Origin: the human T2T-CHM13v2.0 reference genome, Homo sapiens
Assembly: GCF_009914755.1 (NCBI RefSeq)
Contig: NC_060933.1
Reading direction: 5' to 3' (one strand)
Length of the DNA stretch: 64,000 bases
Position numbers and translations under genes: made by a program. Of the stretch, positions 29,101 through 44,530 are shown one piece after another. How positions within the stretch are numbered: the first letter of the stretch is position 1; the number at the start of each line of letters is the position of its first letter. Under the pieces are notes generated by a model. It did no database searches. It had not been told where the DNA came from and saw only the letters and a list, made by a program, of their open reading frames with translations.

Positions 29101-32100
29101 GAATGGAAAGGACTGGAATGGAGTGGAATGGAATGGAATGGAATGGAATGGAATCAACTCGATTGGAATGGAATGGAATGGAATGGAATGGAATGGAATG
29201 GAATGGAATTAACCCGAATAGAATGGAATGGAATGGAATGGAACGGAACGGAACGGAACGGAATGGAATGGAATGGAATGGAATGGAAAAAACCCGACTG
29301 CAGGGGAATGGAATGGAATGGAATGCAATGGAATGGATTCAACTTGAATGGAATGGAAAGAATGGAATCAACACGAGTGGAATGGCATGGATTGGAATGG
29401 AATGGAATGGAATCAACCCGAGTACAGGGGAATGAAATGGAATGGAATGCAATGGAATGGAATCATCCATAATGGAATGGAAAGGAATGGAATGGAATGG
29501 AATGGAATGGAATCGAATGGAATGGAATCAACTCGATTGCAATCGAATGGAATGGAATGGAATTAACCCGAATAGAATGGAATGGAATGGAATGGAACGG
29601 AACGGAACGGAATGGAATGGATTGGAATGGAATGGAATGGAATGGAACGGAACGGAAAGGAATGGAATGGAATGGAATGGAATGGAATGGAATGGAATGG
29701 AATGGAATAAACCCGAGTGCAATGGAATGGAGTGGAATGGAATGGAATGGAATGGAACAACCCGAATAGAATGGAATGCAATGGAGAGTAAGGGAGTTGA
29801 ATAGAATCAATCCGAATGTAATGGAATGGAATGGAAGGGAATGGAATTGAATGGAATGGAACGGAATGCAATGGAATGGAATCAACCCGAGGTCAATGGA
29901 ATGGAGAGGAATGGAATGGAATGGAATGGAAACTACACGAATGGAATGGAATGTAATGGAGTGTAAGGGAATTGAATAGAATCAATCCGAATGTAATGGA
30001 ATGGAATGGAACGTAATGGAATGGAATGGAATGGAATGGAATGGAATGGAATGGAATGGAATGGAATGGAATTAATCCGAATAGAATGGAATGGAATGGA
30101 ATGGAACGGAATGGAACGGAATGGAATGGAATGGAATGGAATGGAATGGTATGGAATGGAATGGAATGGTACGGAATAGAATGGAATGGAACGAATTGTA
30201 ATGGAATGGAATTGAATGGAATGGAATGGAATGGAATGGAATCAACGCGAGTGCAGGGGAATGTAATGGAACGGAATGCAAAGGAATGGAATCATCCGGA
30301 ATGGAATGGAATGGAATGGAATGGAATGGAATGGAATGGAATGGAATCAACCCGAGTGCAATGGAATAGAGTGGAATGGAATGGAATGGAATGGAACAAC
30401 CCGAATGGAGTGGAATGTAATGGAGAGTAAGGGAGTTGAATAGAATCAATCCGAATGTAAAGGAATGGAGTGCAACGGAATGGAATGGAATGGAATGGAA
30501 TGGAATGCAATGGAATTGAATCAACCCGAGTACAATGGAATGGAATGGAATGGAATGGAATGGAATGGAATGGAATCGTTCCGAGTGGAATAGGAGGGAA
30601 TATATTAGAGTGGAATGGAAAGGAATGGTACCAACCAGAGTGGAATGGAAGGGAATGGAATGGAAAGGAAACTAATAGAATGGAATCAACCCGAGTGGAA
30701 TGGAATGGAAAGGACTGGAATGGAATGGAATGGAATGGAATCAACTCGATTGTAATGGAATGGAATGGAATGGAATGGAATGCATTGGAATTAACCCGAA
30801 TACAATGGAATGGAATGGAATGGAACGGAATGGAGTGGAATAGAATGGAATCAACCCGAGTGCAGGGGAATGGAATGGAATGGAATGCAATGGAATGGAA
30901 TCATCAGGAATGGAATGGAATGGAATGGAATGCAAAGCAATGGAATCAACTCGATTGCAATGGAATGGAATGGAATGGAAAGGAATACATTGGAATCAAC
31001 CCGAGTGGAATGGAATGGAAAGGACTGGAATGGAGTGGAATGGAAAGGAATGGAATGGAAAGGAATCAACTCGATTGGAATGGAATGGAATGGAATGGAA
31101 TTAACCCGAATAGAATGGAATGGAATGGAATGGAACGGAATGGAATGGAATGGAATGGAATGGAATGGAATGTAATGGAATGGTATCAACCCGACTGCAG
31201 GGTAATGGAATGGAATGGAATGCAATGGAATGGATTCAACTTGAATGGAATGGAAAGAATGGAATCAACACGAGTGGAATGGCATGGATTGGAATGGAAT
31301 GGAATGGAATCAACCCGAGTACAGGGGAATGGAATGGAATGGAATGCAATGGAATGGAATCATCCGTAATGGAATGGAAAGGAATGGAATGGAATGGAAT
31401 GGAATGGAATGGAATGGAATCAACTCGATTGCAATCGAATGGAATGGAATGGAATTAACCCGAATAGAATGGAATGGAATGGAATGGAACGGAACGGAAT
31501 GGAATGGAATGGAACGGAATGGAATGGAATGGAATCAACGCAAGTGCAGGGGAAAGGAAAGGAATGGAATGCAATGGAATGGAATCTTCTGTAATGGAAT
31601 GGAATGGAATGGAATGGAATGAAATGCAATGGATTCAACTCGATTGCAATGGAATGGAATAGAATGGAATGGAATGGAATGGAATGGAATTAATCCGAAT
31701 AGAATGGAATGGAATGGAATGGAACGGAATGGAACGGAATGGAATGGAATGGAATGCAATGGAATGGTATGGAATGGAATGGAATGGTACGGAATAGAAT
31801 GGAATGGAAAGAATTGTAATGGAATGGAATTGAATGGAATGGAATGGAATGGAATGGAATCAACGCGAGTGCAGGGGAATGTAATGGAACGGAATGCAAT
31901 GGAATGGAATCATCCGGAATGGAATGGAATGGAATGCAATGGAATGGAATCAACCCGAGTGCAATGGAATGGAATGGAATGGAATGGAATGGAATGGAAT
32001 GGAACAACCCGAATGGAATGGAATGTAATGGAGAGTAAGGGAGTTTAATAGAATCAATCCGAATGTAATGGAATGGAATGCAACCGAATGGAATGGAATG

Positions 32101-32960
32101 GAATGGAATGGAATGCAATGGAATGGAATCAACCTGAGTACAATGGAATGGAATGGAATGGAATGGAATGGAATGGAATGGAATGATACGGAATAGAATG
32201 GAATGGATCGAAATGGAATGGAATGGAATGGAATGGAATGGAATGGAATGGAATGGAATGGAATCGTTCCGAGTGGAATAGGAGGGAATGTATTCGAGTG
32301 GAATGAAAGGAATGGAATCAACCAGAGTGGAATGGAAGGGAATGGAATGGAATGGAAAATAATAGAATGGAATCAACCCGAGTGGAATGGAATGGAAAGG
32401 ACTGGAATGGAATGGAATGGAATGGAATGGAATGGAATGCAATGGAATGGAATCAACCCGAGTGCAATCGAATGGAATCGAACGGAATGGAATGCAATGG
32501 AATGGATTCAACTTGAATGGAAAGGAAAGAATGGAATCAACACGAGTGGAATGGCATGGATTGGAATGGAATGGAATGGAATCAACCCGAGTACAGGGGA
32601 ATGGAATGGAATGGAATGCAATGGAATGGAATCATCAGTAATGGAATGGAAAGGAATGGAAAGGACTGGAATGGAATGGAATGGAATGGAATGGAATGGA
32701 ATGCAATCAACTCGATTGCAATCGAATGGAATGGAATGGAATTAACCCGAATAGAATGGAATGGAATGGAATGGAACGGAACGGAATGGAATGGAATGGA
32801 ATGGAATGAAACGGAAAGGAATGGAATGGAATAGAATGGAACGGAATGGAAAGGAATCGAATCAACGCGAGTGCAGAGGAATGGAATGAAATCGAATGGA
32901 ATGGAAAGGAATGGAATGGAATTAACCCGAGTGCAGGGGAAGGTAATGCAACCGAATGCA
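26080..32960 (+). repeat. Copy 1 of a ~6.9 kb duplication (copy 2 about 34,440-41,215; offset ~8.25-8.36 kb)
   Basis: ORF pairs 26240/34600, 27287/35637, 28130/36460, 28819/37144, 30741/38996, 32517/40767. Shared variants: GGAGACAACCCGAC, GAATTC at 27913/36258, CCCGAGGTCAAT, GGTACC at 30627/38882, CATCAGTAAT, GCAACCGAAT. Confidence 0.9.
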
Positions 32961-34439
32961 ATTGAATGGAATCAACCCGAGTGCAATGGAATGGAGAGGA
33001 ATGGAATGGAATGGAATGGAAACTACCCGAATGGAATGGAATGGAATGGAGTGTAAGGGAATTGACTAGAATCAATCCGAATGGAATGGAATGGAATGGA
33101 ACGGAATGTAATGGAATGGAATGGAATGGAATCAACCCGAGTGCAGGGGAATGGAATGGAATGGAATGCAATGGAATGGAATCATCCGGAATGGAATGGA
33201 ATGGAATGCAATGGAATAGAATGGAATGGAATCAACCCGAGTGCAATGGAATGGAGTGAAATGGAATGGAATGGAATGGAGACAACCAGAATGGATTGGA
33301 AAATAATGGAGTGTAAGGGAATTGAATACAATCAATCTGAATGTAATGAAATGGAATGGAACGGAATGGAATGGAATGGAATGGAATGGAATGGAATGCA
33401 ATGGAATGGAATCAACCCGAGTGCAATCGAATGGAATCGAATGGAATGGAATGCAATGGAATGGATTCAACTTGAATGGAATGGAAAGAATGGAATCAAC
33501 ACGAGTGGAATGGCATGGATTGGAATGGAATGGAATGGAATCAACCCGAGTATAGGGGAATGGAATGGAATGGAATGCAATGGAATGGAATCATCCGTAA
33601 TGGAATGGAAAGGAATGGAATGGAATGGAATGGAATGGAATGGAATGGAATGGAATCAACTCGATTGCAATCGAATGGAATGGAATGGAATTAACCCGAA
33701 TAGAATGGAATGGAATGGAATGGAACGGAACGGAATGGAATGGAATGGAATGGAATGGAATGGAATGGAAAGGAAAGGAAGGGAATGGCATGGAATAGAA
33801 TGGAATGGAATGGAATCAACACGAGTGCAGGGGAATGGAATGGAATGGAATGCAATGGAATGGAATCAATCCGAATGTAATGGAATGGAATGGAACGGAA
33901 TGGAATGGAATGGAATGGAATGGAATGGAATGGAATGCAATGGAATGGAATCAACCCGAGTGCAATCGAATGGAATCGAATGGAATGGAATGCAATGGAA
34001 TGGATTCAACTTGAATGGAATGGAAAGAATGGAATCAACACGAGTGGAATGGCATGGCTTGGAATGGAATGGAATGGAATCAACCCGAGTACAGGGGAAT
34101 GGATTGGAATGGAATGCAATGGAATGGAATCATCCGTAATGGAATGGAAAGGAATGGAATGGAATGGAATGGAATGGAATGGAATGGAGGGGAATCAACT
34201 CGATTGCAATCGAATGGAATGGAATGGAATTAACCCGAATAGAATGGAATGGAATGGAATGGAACGGAACGGAATGGACTGGAATGGAATGGAATGGAAA
34301 GGAAAGGAATGGAATGGAATGGAATGGAACGGAATGGAATGGAAGGGAATCAACGCGAGTGCAGGGGAATGGAATGGAATCGAATAGAATGGAAAGGAAT
34401 GGAATGGAATCAACCCGAGTGCAGAGGAACGTAATGGAA

Positions 34440-37400
34440 CGGAATGCAATGGAATGGAATCATCCGGAATGGAATGGAATGGAATGCAATGTAATGGAAT
34501 TGAATGGAATCAACCCGAGTACAATGGAATGGAGTGAAATGGAATGGAATGGAATGGAGACAACCAGAATGGATTGGAATATAATGGAGTGTAAGGGAAT
34601 TGAATAGAATCAATCTGAATGTAATGAAATGGAATGGAACGGAATGGAATGGAATGGAATTGCATGGAATGGAATGGAGACAACCCGACTGCAGGGGAAT
34701 GGAATTGAATGTAATGCAATGGAATGGATTCAACTTGAATGGAATGGAAAGAATGGAATCAACACGAGTGGAATGGCATAGATTGGAATGGAATGGAATG
34801 GAATCAACCCGAGTACAGGGGAATGGAATGGAATGGAATGCAATGGAATGGAATCATCCGTAATGGAATGGAATGGAATGGAATGGAATGGAATGGAATG
34901 GAATGGAATGGAATCAACTCGATTGCAATCGAATGGAATGGAATGGAATTAACCCGAATAGAATGGAATGGAATGGAATGGAACGGAACGGAACGGAACG
35001 GAATAGAATGGAATGCAACGGAAAGGAATGGAATGGAATGGAATGGAATGGAATGGAATGGAATGGAATGGAATCAACGCGAGTGCAGGGGAATGGAATG
35101 GAATGGAATGCAATGGAATGGAATCTTCCGGAATGGAACGGAATGGAATGGAATGGAATGGAATGGAATAAACCCGAGTGCAATGGAATGGAGTGGAATG
35201 GAATGGAATGGAATGGAACAACCCGAATGGAATGGAATGTAATGGAGAGTAAGGGAATTGAATAGAATCAATCCGAATGTAATGGAATGGAATGGAACGG
35301 AATGGAATTGAATGGAATGGAATGGAATGCAATGGAATGGAATCAACCCGAGTTCAATGGAATGTAGAGGAATGGAATGGAATGGAATGGAAACTACCCG
35401 AATGGAATGGAATGTAATGGAGTGTAAGGGAATTGAATAGAATCAATCCGAATGTAATGGAATGGAATGGAACGGAATGGAATGGAATGGAATGGAATGG
35501 AATGGAATGGAACGGAATGGAATGGAATGGAATGGAATGGATTGGAATGGAAAGGAATGCAATGGAATGGAATCAACCCGAGTGCAATCGAATGGAATCG
35601 AATGGAATGGAATGCAATGGAATGGATTCAACTTGAATGGAATGCAAAGAATGGAATCAACACGAGTGGAATGGCATGGACTGGAATGGAATGGAATGGA
35701 ATCAACCCGAGTACAGGGGAATGGAATGGAATGGAATGCAATGGAATGGAATCATCCGTAATGGAATGGAAAGGAATGGAATGGAATGGAATGGAATGGA
35801 ATGGAATGGAATCAACTCGATTGCAATCGAATGGAATGGAATGGAATTAACCCGAATAGAATGGAATGGAATGGAATGGAACGGAACGAAACGGAATGGA
35901 ATGGAATGGAATGGAATGGAACGGAAAGGAAGGGAATGGAATGGAATGAAATGGAATGGAATGGAATGGAATCAACGCGAGTGCAGGGGAATGGAATGGA
36001 ATGGAATGCAATGGAATGGAATCTTCCGGAATGGAATGGAATGGAATGGAATGGAATGGAATGGAATAAACCCGAGTGCAATGGAATGGAGAGGAATGGA
36101 ATGGAATGGAATGGAACAACCCGAATGGAATGGAATGTAATGGAGAGTAAGGGAGTTGAATAGAAACAATCCGAATGTAATGGAATGGAATGGAACGGAA
36201 TGGAATTGAATGGAATGGAATGGAATGCAATGGAATGGAATCAACCCGAGTGCAATGGAATTCAGAGGAATGGAATGGAATGGAATGGAAACTACCCGAA
36301 TGGAATGGAATGTAATGGAGTGTAACGGAATTGAATAGAATCAATCCGAATGGAATGGAATGGAATGGAATGGAATGGAATGCAATGGAATGGAATCAAC
36401 CTGAGTGCAATCGAATGGAATCGAATGGAATGGAATGCAATGGAATGGATTCAACTTGAATGGAATGGAAAGAATGGAATCAACACGAGTGGAATGGCAT
36501 GGATTGGAATGGAATGGAATGGAATCAACCCGAGTACAGGGGAATGGAATGGAATGGAATGCAATGGAATGGAATCATCCGTAATGGAATGGAAAGGAAT
36601 GGAATGGAATGGAATGGAATGGAATGGAATCAACTCGATTGCAATCGAATGGAATGGAATGGAATTAACCCGAATAGAATGGAATGGAATGGAATGGAAC
36701 GGAACGGAATGGAATGTAATGGAATGGAATGGAATAGAACGGAACGGAATGGAATGGAATGGAATGGAATGGAATCAACGCGAGTGCAGGGGAATGGAAT
36801 GGAATGGAATGCAATGGAATGGAATCTTCCGGAATGGAATGGAATGGAATGGAATGGAATGGAATGGAATGGAATGGAATCAACCCGAGTGCAATGGAAT
36901 GGAGTGGAATGGAATGGAGTGGAATGGAACAACCCGAATGGAATGGAATGGAATGGAGAGTAAGAGAGTTGAATAGAATCAATCCGAATGTAATGGAATG
37001 GAATGGAACGGAATGGAATTGAATGGAATGTAATGGAATGCAATGGAATGGAATCAACCCGAGTGCAATGGAATGGAGAGGAATGGAATGGAATGGAATG
37101 GAAACTAACCGAATGGAATGGAATGTAATGGAGTGTAAGGGAATTGAATAGAATCAATCCGAATGTAATGGAATGCAATGGAACGGAATGGAATGGAATG
37201 GAATGGAATCAACTCGATTGTAATGGAATGGAATGGAAGGGAATGGAGTGGAATGGAATGGAATCAACCCGAGTGCAGGGGAATGGAATGGAATGGAATG
37301 CAATGGAATGGAATCATCCGGAATGGAATGGAATGGAATGGAATGCAAAGCAATGGAATCAACTCCATTGCAATGGAATGGAATGGAATGGAAAGGAATA

Positions 37401-40400
37401 CATTGGAATCAACCCGAGTGGAATGGAATGGAAAGGACTGGAATGGAGTGGAATGGAATGGAATGGAATGGAATGGAATCAACTCGATTGGAATGGAATG
37501 GAATGGAATGGAATGGAATGGAATGGAATGGAATGGAATTAACCCGAATAGAATGGAATGGAATGGAACGGAACGGAACGGAACGGAATGGAATGGAATG
37601 GAATGGAATGGAATGGAATGGAATGGAAACAACCCGACTGCAGGGGAATGGAATGGAATGGAATGCAATGGAATGGATTCAACTTGAATGGAATGGAAAG
37701 AATGGAATCAACACGAGTGGAATGGCATGGATTGGAATGGAATGGAATGGAATCAACCCGAGTACAGGGGAATGAAATGGAATGGAATGCAATTGAATGG
37801 AATCATCCATAATGGAATGGAAAGGAATGGAATGGAATGGAATGGAATGGAATGGAATGGAATGGAATGGAATCAACTCGATTGCAATCGAATGGAATGG
37901 AATGGAATTAACCCGAATAGAATGGAATGGAATGGAATGGAACGGAACGGAACGGAATGGAATGGATTGGAATGGAATGGAATGGAATGGAATGGAACGG
38001 GAAGGAATGGAATGGAATAAAATGGAATGGAATGGAATGGAATGGAATGGAATAAACCCGAGTGCAATGGAATGGAGTGGAATGGAATGGAATGGAATGG
38101 AACAACCCGAATAGAATGGAATGCAATGGAGAGTAAGGGAGTTGAATAGAATCAATCCGAATGTAATGGAATGGAATGGAACGGAATGGAATTGAATGGA
38201 ATGGAATGGAATGCAATGGAATGGAATCAACCCGAGGTCAATGGAATGGAGAGGAATGGAATGGAATGGAATGGAAACTACACGAATGGAATGGAATGTA
38301 ATGGAGTGTAAGGGAATTGAATAGAATCAATCCGAATGTAATGGAATGGAATGGAACGTAATGGAATGGAATGGAATGGAATGGAATGGTATGGAATGGA
38401 ATGGAATGGTACGGAATAGAATGGAATGGAACGAATTGTAATGGAATGGAATTGAATGGAATGGAATGGAATGGAATCAACGCGAGTGCAGGGGAATGTA
38501 ATGGAACGGAATGCAATGGAATGGAATCATCCGGAATGGAATGGAATGGAATGGAATGGAATGGAATGGAATGGAATGGAATCAACCCGAGTGCAATGGA
38601 ATAGAGTGGAATGGAATGGAATGGAATGGAACAACCCGAATGGAGTGGAATGTAATGGAGAGTAAGGAAGTTGAATAGAATCAATCCGAATGTAATGGAA
38701 TGGAGTGCAACGGAATGGAATGGAATGGAATGGAATGGAATGGAATCCAATGGAATTGAATCAACCCGAGTACAATGGAATGGAATGGAATGGAATGGAA
38801 TGGAATGGAATGGAATGGAATGGAATGGAATCGTTCCGAGTGGAATAGGAGGGAATGTATTCGAGTGGAATGGAAAGGAATGGTACCAACCAGAGTGGAA
38901 TGGAAGGGAATGGAATGGAAAGGAAACTAATAGAATGGAATCAACCCGAGTGGAATGGAATGTAAAGGACTGGAATTGAATGGAATGGAATGGAATCAAC
39001 TCGATTGTAATGGAATGGAATGGAATGGAATGGAATGCATTGGAATTAACCCGAATACAATGGAATGGAATGGAATGGAACGGAATGGAGTGGAATAGAA
39101 TGGAATCAACCCGAGTGCAGGGGAATGGAATGGAATGGAATGCAATGGAATGGAATCATCCGGAATGGAATGGAATGGAATGGAATGCAAAGCAATGGAA
39201 TCAACTCGATTGCAATGGAATGGAATGGAATGGAAAGGAATACATTGGAATCAACCCGAGTGGAATGGAATGGAAAGGACTGGAATGGAGTGGAATGGAA
39301 AGGAATGGAATGGAAAGGAATCAACTCGATTGGAATGGAATGGAATGGAATGGAATTAACCCGAATAGAATGGAATGGAATGGAATGGAACGGAATGGAA
39401 TGGAATGGAATGGAATGGAATGGAATGGAATGGAATGGAATGGTATCAACCCGACTGCAGGGTAATGGAATGGAATGGAATGCAATGGAATGTATTCAAC
39501 TTGAATGGAATGGAAAGAATGGAATCAACACGAGTGGAATGGCATGGATTGGAATGGAATGGAATGGAATCAACCCGAGTACAGGGGAATGGAATGGAAT
39601 GGAATGCAATGGAATGGAATCATCCGTAATGGAATGGAAAGGAATGGAATGGAATGGAATGGAATGGAATGGAATGGAATGGAATCAACTCGATTGCAAT
39701 CGAATGGAATGGAATGGAATTAACCCGAATAGAATGGAATGGAATGGAATGGAACGGAACGGAATGGAATGGAATGGAATGGAATGGAACGGAATGGAAT
39801 GGAATGGAATGGAATGGTATCAACGCGAGTGCAGGGGAAAGGAAAGGAATGGAATGCAATGGAATGGAATCTTCTGGAATGGAATGGAATGGAATGGAAT
39901 GGAATGAAATGCAATGGATTCAACTCGATTGCAATGGAATGGAATAGAATGGAATGGAATGGAATGGAATGGAATTAATCCGAATAGAATGGAATGGAAT
40001 GGAATGGAACGGAATGGAACGGAATGGAATGGAATGGAATGGAATGGAATGGTATGGAATGGAATGGAATGGTACGGAATAGAATGGAATGGAAAGAATT
40101 GTAATGGAATGGAATTGAATGGAATGGAATGGAATGGAATGGAATCAACGCGAGTGCAGGGGAATGTAATGGAACGGAATGCAATGGAATGGAATCATCC
40201 GGAATGGAATGGAATGGAATGCAATGGAATGGAATCAACCCGAGTGCAATGGAATGGAATGGAATGGAATGGAATGGAATGGAACAACCCGAATGGAATG
40301 GAATGTAATGGAGAGTAAGGGAGTTGAATAGAATCAATCCGAATGTAATGGAATGGAATGCAACGGAATGGAATGGAATGGAATGGAATGGAATGCAATG

Positions 40401-41215
40401 GAATGGAATCAACCCGAGTACAATGGAATGGAATGGAATGGAATGGAATGGAATGATACGGAATAGAATGGAATGGATCGAAATGGAATGGAATGGAATG
40501 GAATGGAATGGAATGGAATCGTTCCGAGTGGAATAGGAGGGAATGTATTCGAGTGGAATGAAAGGAATGGAATCAACCAGAGTGGAATGGAAGGGAATGG
40601 AATGGAATGGAAAATAATAGAATGGAATCAACCCGAGTGGAATGGAATGGAAAGGACTGGAATGGAATGGAATGGAATGGAATGGAATGCAATGGAATGG
40701 AATCAACCCGAGTGCAATCGAATGGAATCGAACGGAATGGAATGCAATTGAATGGATTCAACTTGAATGGAAAGGAAAGAATGGAATCAACACGAGTGGA
40801 ATGGCATGGATTGGAATGGAATGGAATGGAATCAACCCGAGTACAGGGGAATGGAATGGAATGGAATGCAATGGAATGGAATCATCAGTAATGGAATGGA
40901 AAGGAATGGAAAGGACTGGAATGGAATGGAATGGAATGGAATGGAATGGAATGGAATGCAATCAACTCGATTGCAATCGAATGGAATGGAATGGAATTAA
41001 CCCGAATAGAATGGAATGGAATGGAATGGAACGGAACGGAATGGAATGGAATGGAATGGAATGGAACGGAAAGGAATGGAATGGAATAGAATGGAACGGA
41101 ATGGAAAGGAATCGAATCAACGCGAGTGCAGAGGAATGGAATGAAATCGAATGGAATGGAAAGGAATGGAATGGAATTAACCCGAGTGCAGGGGAAGGTA
41201 ATGCAACCGAATGCA
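34440..41215 (+). repeat. Copy 2 of the ~6.9 kb duplication
   Basis: Same ordered series of rare variants as 26.1-33.0 kb; differences are mainly pentamer copy number and one ~80 bp deletion near 38.36 kb. Confidence 0.9.
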
Positions 41216-44200
41216 ATGGAATGGAATCATCCGGAATGGAATGGAATGGAATCAACCCGAGTGCAATGGAATGGAGTGGAATGGAAAGGAATGGAATGGA
41301 ACAACCCGAATGGAATGGAATGTAATAGAGAGTAAGGGAGTTGAAAAGAATCAATCCGAATGTAATGGAATGGAATGCAACGGAATGGAATGGAATGGAA
41401 TGGAATGCAATGGAATGGAATCAACCCGAGTACAATGGAATGGAATCGAATGGAATGGAATGGAATGGAATGGAATGGAATGATACGGAATAGAATGGAA
41501 TGGATCGAAATGGAATGGAATGGAATGGAATGGAATGGAATGGAATGGAATCGTTCCGAGTGGAATAGGAGGGAATGTATTCGAGTGGAATGAAAGGAAT
41601 GGAATCAACCAGAGTGGAATGGAAGGGAATGGAATGGAATGGAAAATAATAGAATGGAATCAACCCGAGTGGAATGGAATGGAAAGGACTGGAATGGAAT
41701 GGAATGGAATGGAATGGAATGCAATGGAATGGAATCAACCCGAGTGCAATCGAATGGAATCGAACGGAATGGAATGCAATGGAATGGATTCAACTTGAAT
41801 GGAAAGGAAAGAATGGAATCAACACGAGCGGAATGGCATGGATTGGAATGGAATGGAATGGAATCAACCCGAGTACAGGGGAATGGAATGGAATGGAATG
41901 CAATGGAATGGAATCATCAGTAATGGAATGGAAAGGAATGGAAAGGACTGGAATGGAATGGAATGGAATGGAATCGTTCCGAGTGGAATAGGAGGGAATG
42001 TATTCGAGTGGAATGGAAAGGAATGGTACCAACCAGAGTGGAATGGAAGGGAATGGAATGGAAAGGAAACTAATAGAATGGAATCAACCCGAGTGGAATG
42101 GAATGGAAAGGACTGGAATGGAATGGAATGGAATGGAATCAACTCGATTGTAATGGAATGGAATGGAATGCATTGGAATTAACCCGAATACAATGGAATG
42201 GAATGGAATGGAACGGAATGGAGTGGAATAGAATGGAATCAACCGGAGTGCAGGGGAATGGAATGGAATGGAATGCAATGGAATGGAATCATACGGAATG
42301 GAATGGAATGGAATGGAATGCAAAGCAATGGAATCAACTCGATTGCAATGGAATGGAATGGAATGGAAAGGAATACATTGGAATCAACCCGAGTGGAATG
42401 GAATGGAAAGGACTGGAATGGAGTGGAATGGAAAGGAATGGAATGGAAAGGAATCAACTCGATTGGAATGGAATGGAATGGAATGGAATTAACCCGAATA
42501 GAATGGAATGGAATGGAATGGAATGGAACGGAATGGAATGGAATGGAATGGAATGGAATGGAATGGAATGGTATCAACCCGACTGCAGGGTAATGGAATG
42601 GAATGGAATGCAATGGAATGGATTCAACTTGAATGGAATGGAAAGAATGGAATCAACACGAGTGGAATGGCATGGATTGGAATGGAATGGAATGGAATCA
42701 ACCCGAGTACAGGGGAATGGAATGGAATGGAATGCAATGGAATGGAATCATCCGTAATGGAATGGAAAGGAATGGAATGGAATGGAATGGAATGGAATGG
42801 AATGGAATGGAATCAACTCGATTGCAATCGAATGGAATGGAATGGAATTAACCCGAATAGAATGGAATGGAATGGAATGGAACGGAACGGAATGGAATGG
42901 AATGGAATGGAATGGAACGGAATGGAATGGAATGGAATGGAATGGAATCAACGCGAGTGCAGGGGAAAGGAAAGGAATGGAATGCAATGGAATGGAATCT
43001 CCTGGAATGGAATGGAATTGAATGGAATGGAATGAAATGCAATGGATTCAACTCGATTGCAATGGAATGGAATAGAATGGAATGGAATGGAATGGAATGG
43101 AATTAATCCGAATAGAATGGAATGGAATGGAATGGAACGGAATGGAACGGAATGGAATGGAATGGAATGGAATGGAATGGTATGGAATGGAATGGAATGG
43201 TACGGAATAGAATGGAATGGAAAGAATTGTAATGGAATGGAATTGAATGGAATGGAATGGAATGGAATGGAATCAACGCGAGTGCAGGGGAATGTAATGG
43301 AACGGAATGCAATGGAATGGAATCATCCGGAATGGAATGGAATGGAATGCAATGGAATGGAATCAACCCGAGTGCAATGGAATGGAATGGAATGGAATGG
43401 AATGGAATGGAATGGAACAACCCGAATGGAATGGAATGTAATGGAGAGTAAGGGAGTTGAATAGAATCAATCCGAATGTAATGGAATGGAATGCAACGGA
43501 ATGGAATGGAATGGAATGGAATGGAATGCAATGGAATGGAATCAACCCGAGTACAATGGAATGGAATGGAATGGAATGGAATGGAATGGAATGGAATGAT
43601 ACGGAATAGAATGGAATGGATCGAAATGGAATGGAATGGAATGGAATGGAATGGAATGGAATGGAATCGTTCCGAGTGGAATAGGAGGGAATGTATTCGA
43701 GTGGAATGAAAGGAATGGAATCAACCAGAGTGGAATGGAAGGGAATGGAATGGAATGGAAAATAATAGAATGGAATCAACCCGAGTGGAATGGAATGGAA
43801 AGGACTGGAATGGAATGGAATGGAATGGAATGGAATGCAATGGAATGGAATCAACCCGAGTGCAATCGAATGGAATCGAACGGAATGGAATGCAATGGAA
43901 TGGATTCAACTTGAATGGAAAGGAAAGAATGGAATCAACACGAGTGGAATGGCATGGATTGGAATGGAATGGAATGGAATCAACCCGAGTACAGGGGAAT
44001 GGAATGGAATGGAATGCAATGGAATGGAATCATCAGTAATGGAATGGAAAGGAATGGAAAGGACTGGAATGGAATGGAATGGAATGGAACGGAATGGAAT
44101 GCAATCAACTCGATTGCAATCGAATGGAATGGAATGGAATTAACCCGAATAGAATGGAATGGAATGGAATGGAACGGAACGGAATGGAATGGAATGGAAT

Positions 44201-44530
44201 GGAATGGAACGGAAAGGAATGGAATGGAATAGAATGGAACGGAATGGAAAGGAATCGAATCAACGCGAGTGCAGAGGAATGGAATGAAATCGAATGGAAT
44301 GGAAAGGAATGGAATGGAATTAACCCGAGTGCAGGGGAAGGTAATGCAACCGAATGCAATGGAATGGAATCATCCGGAATGGAATGGAATGGAATGGAAT
44401 GGAATCAACCCGAGTGCAATGGAATGGAGTGGAATGGAAAGGAATGGAATGGAACAACCCGAATGGAATGGAATGTAATAGAGAGTAAGGGAGTTGAAAA
44501 GAATCAATCCGAATGTAATGGAATGGAATG
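38820..44530 (+). repeat. Duplication with offset ~3.14 kb (about 38,820-41,375 and 41,965-44,530), with a ~0.6 kb linker (41,350-41,960) copied from 40,330-40,930 (offset 1,032)
   Basis: ORF pairs 39135/42268, 39505/42633, 39914/43042, 41126/44269 and 40607/41639. GGTACC at 38882/42025; GTAATAGAGAG and TTGAAAAG shared. Confidence 0.87.
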
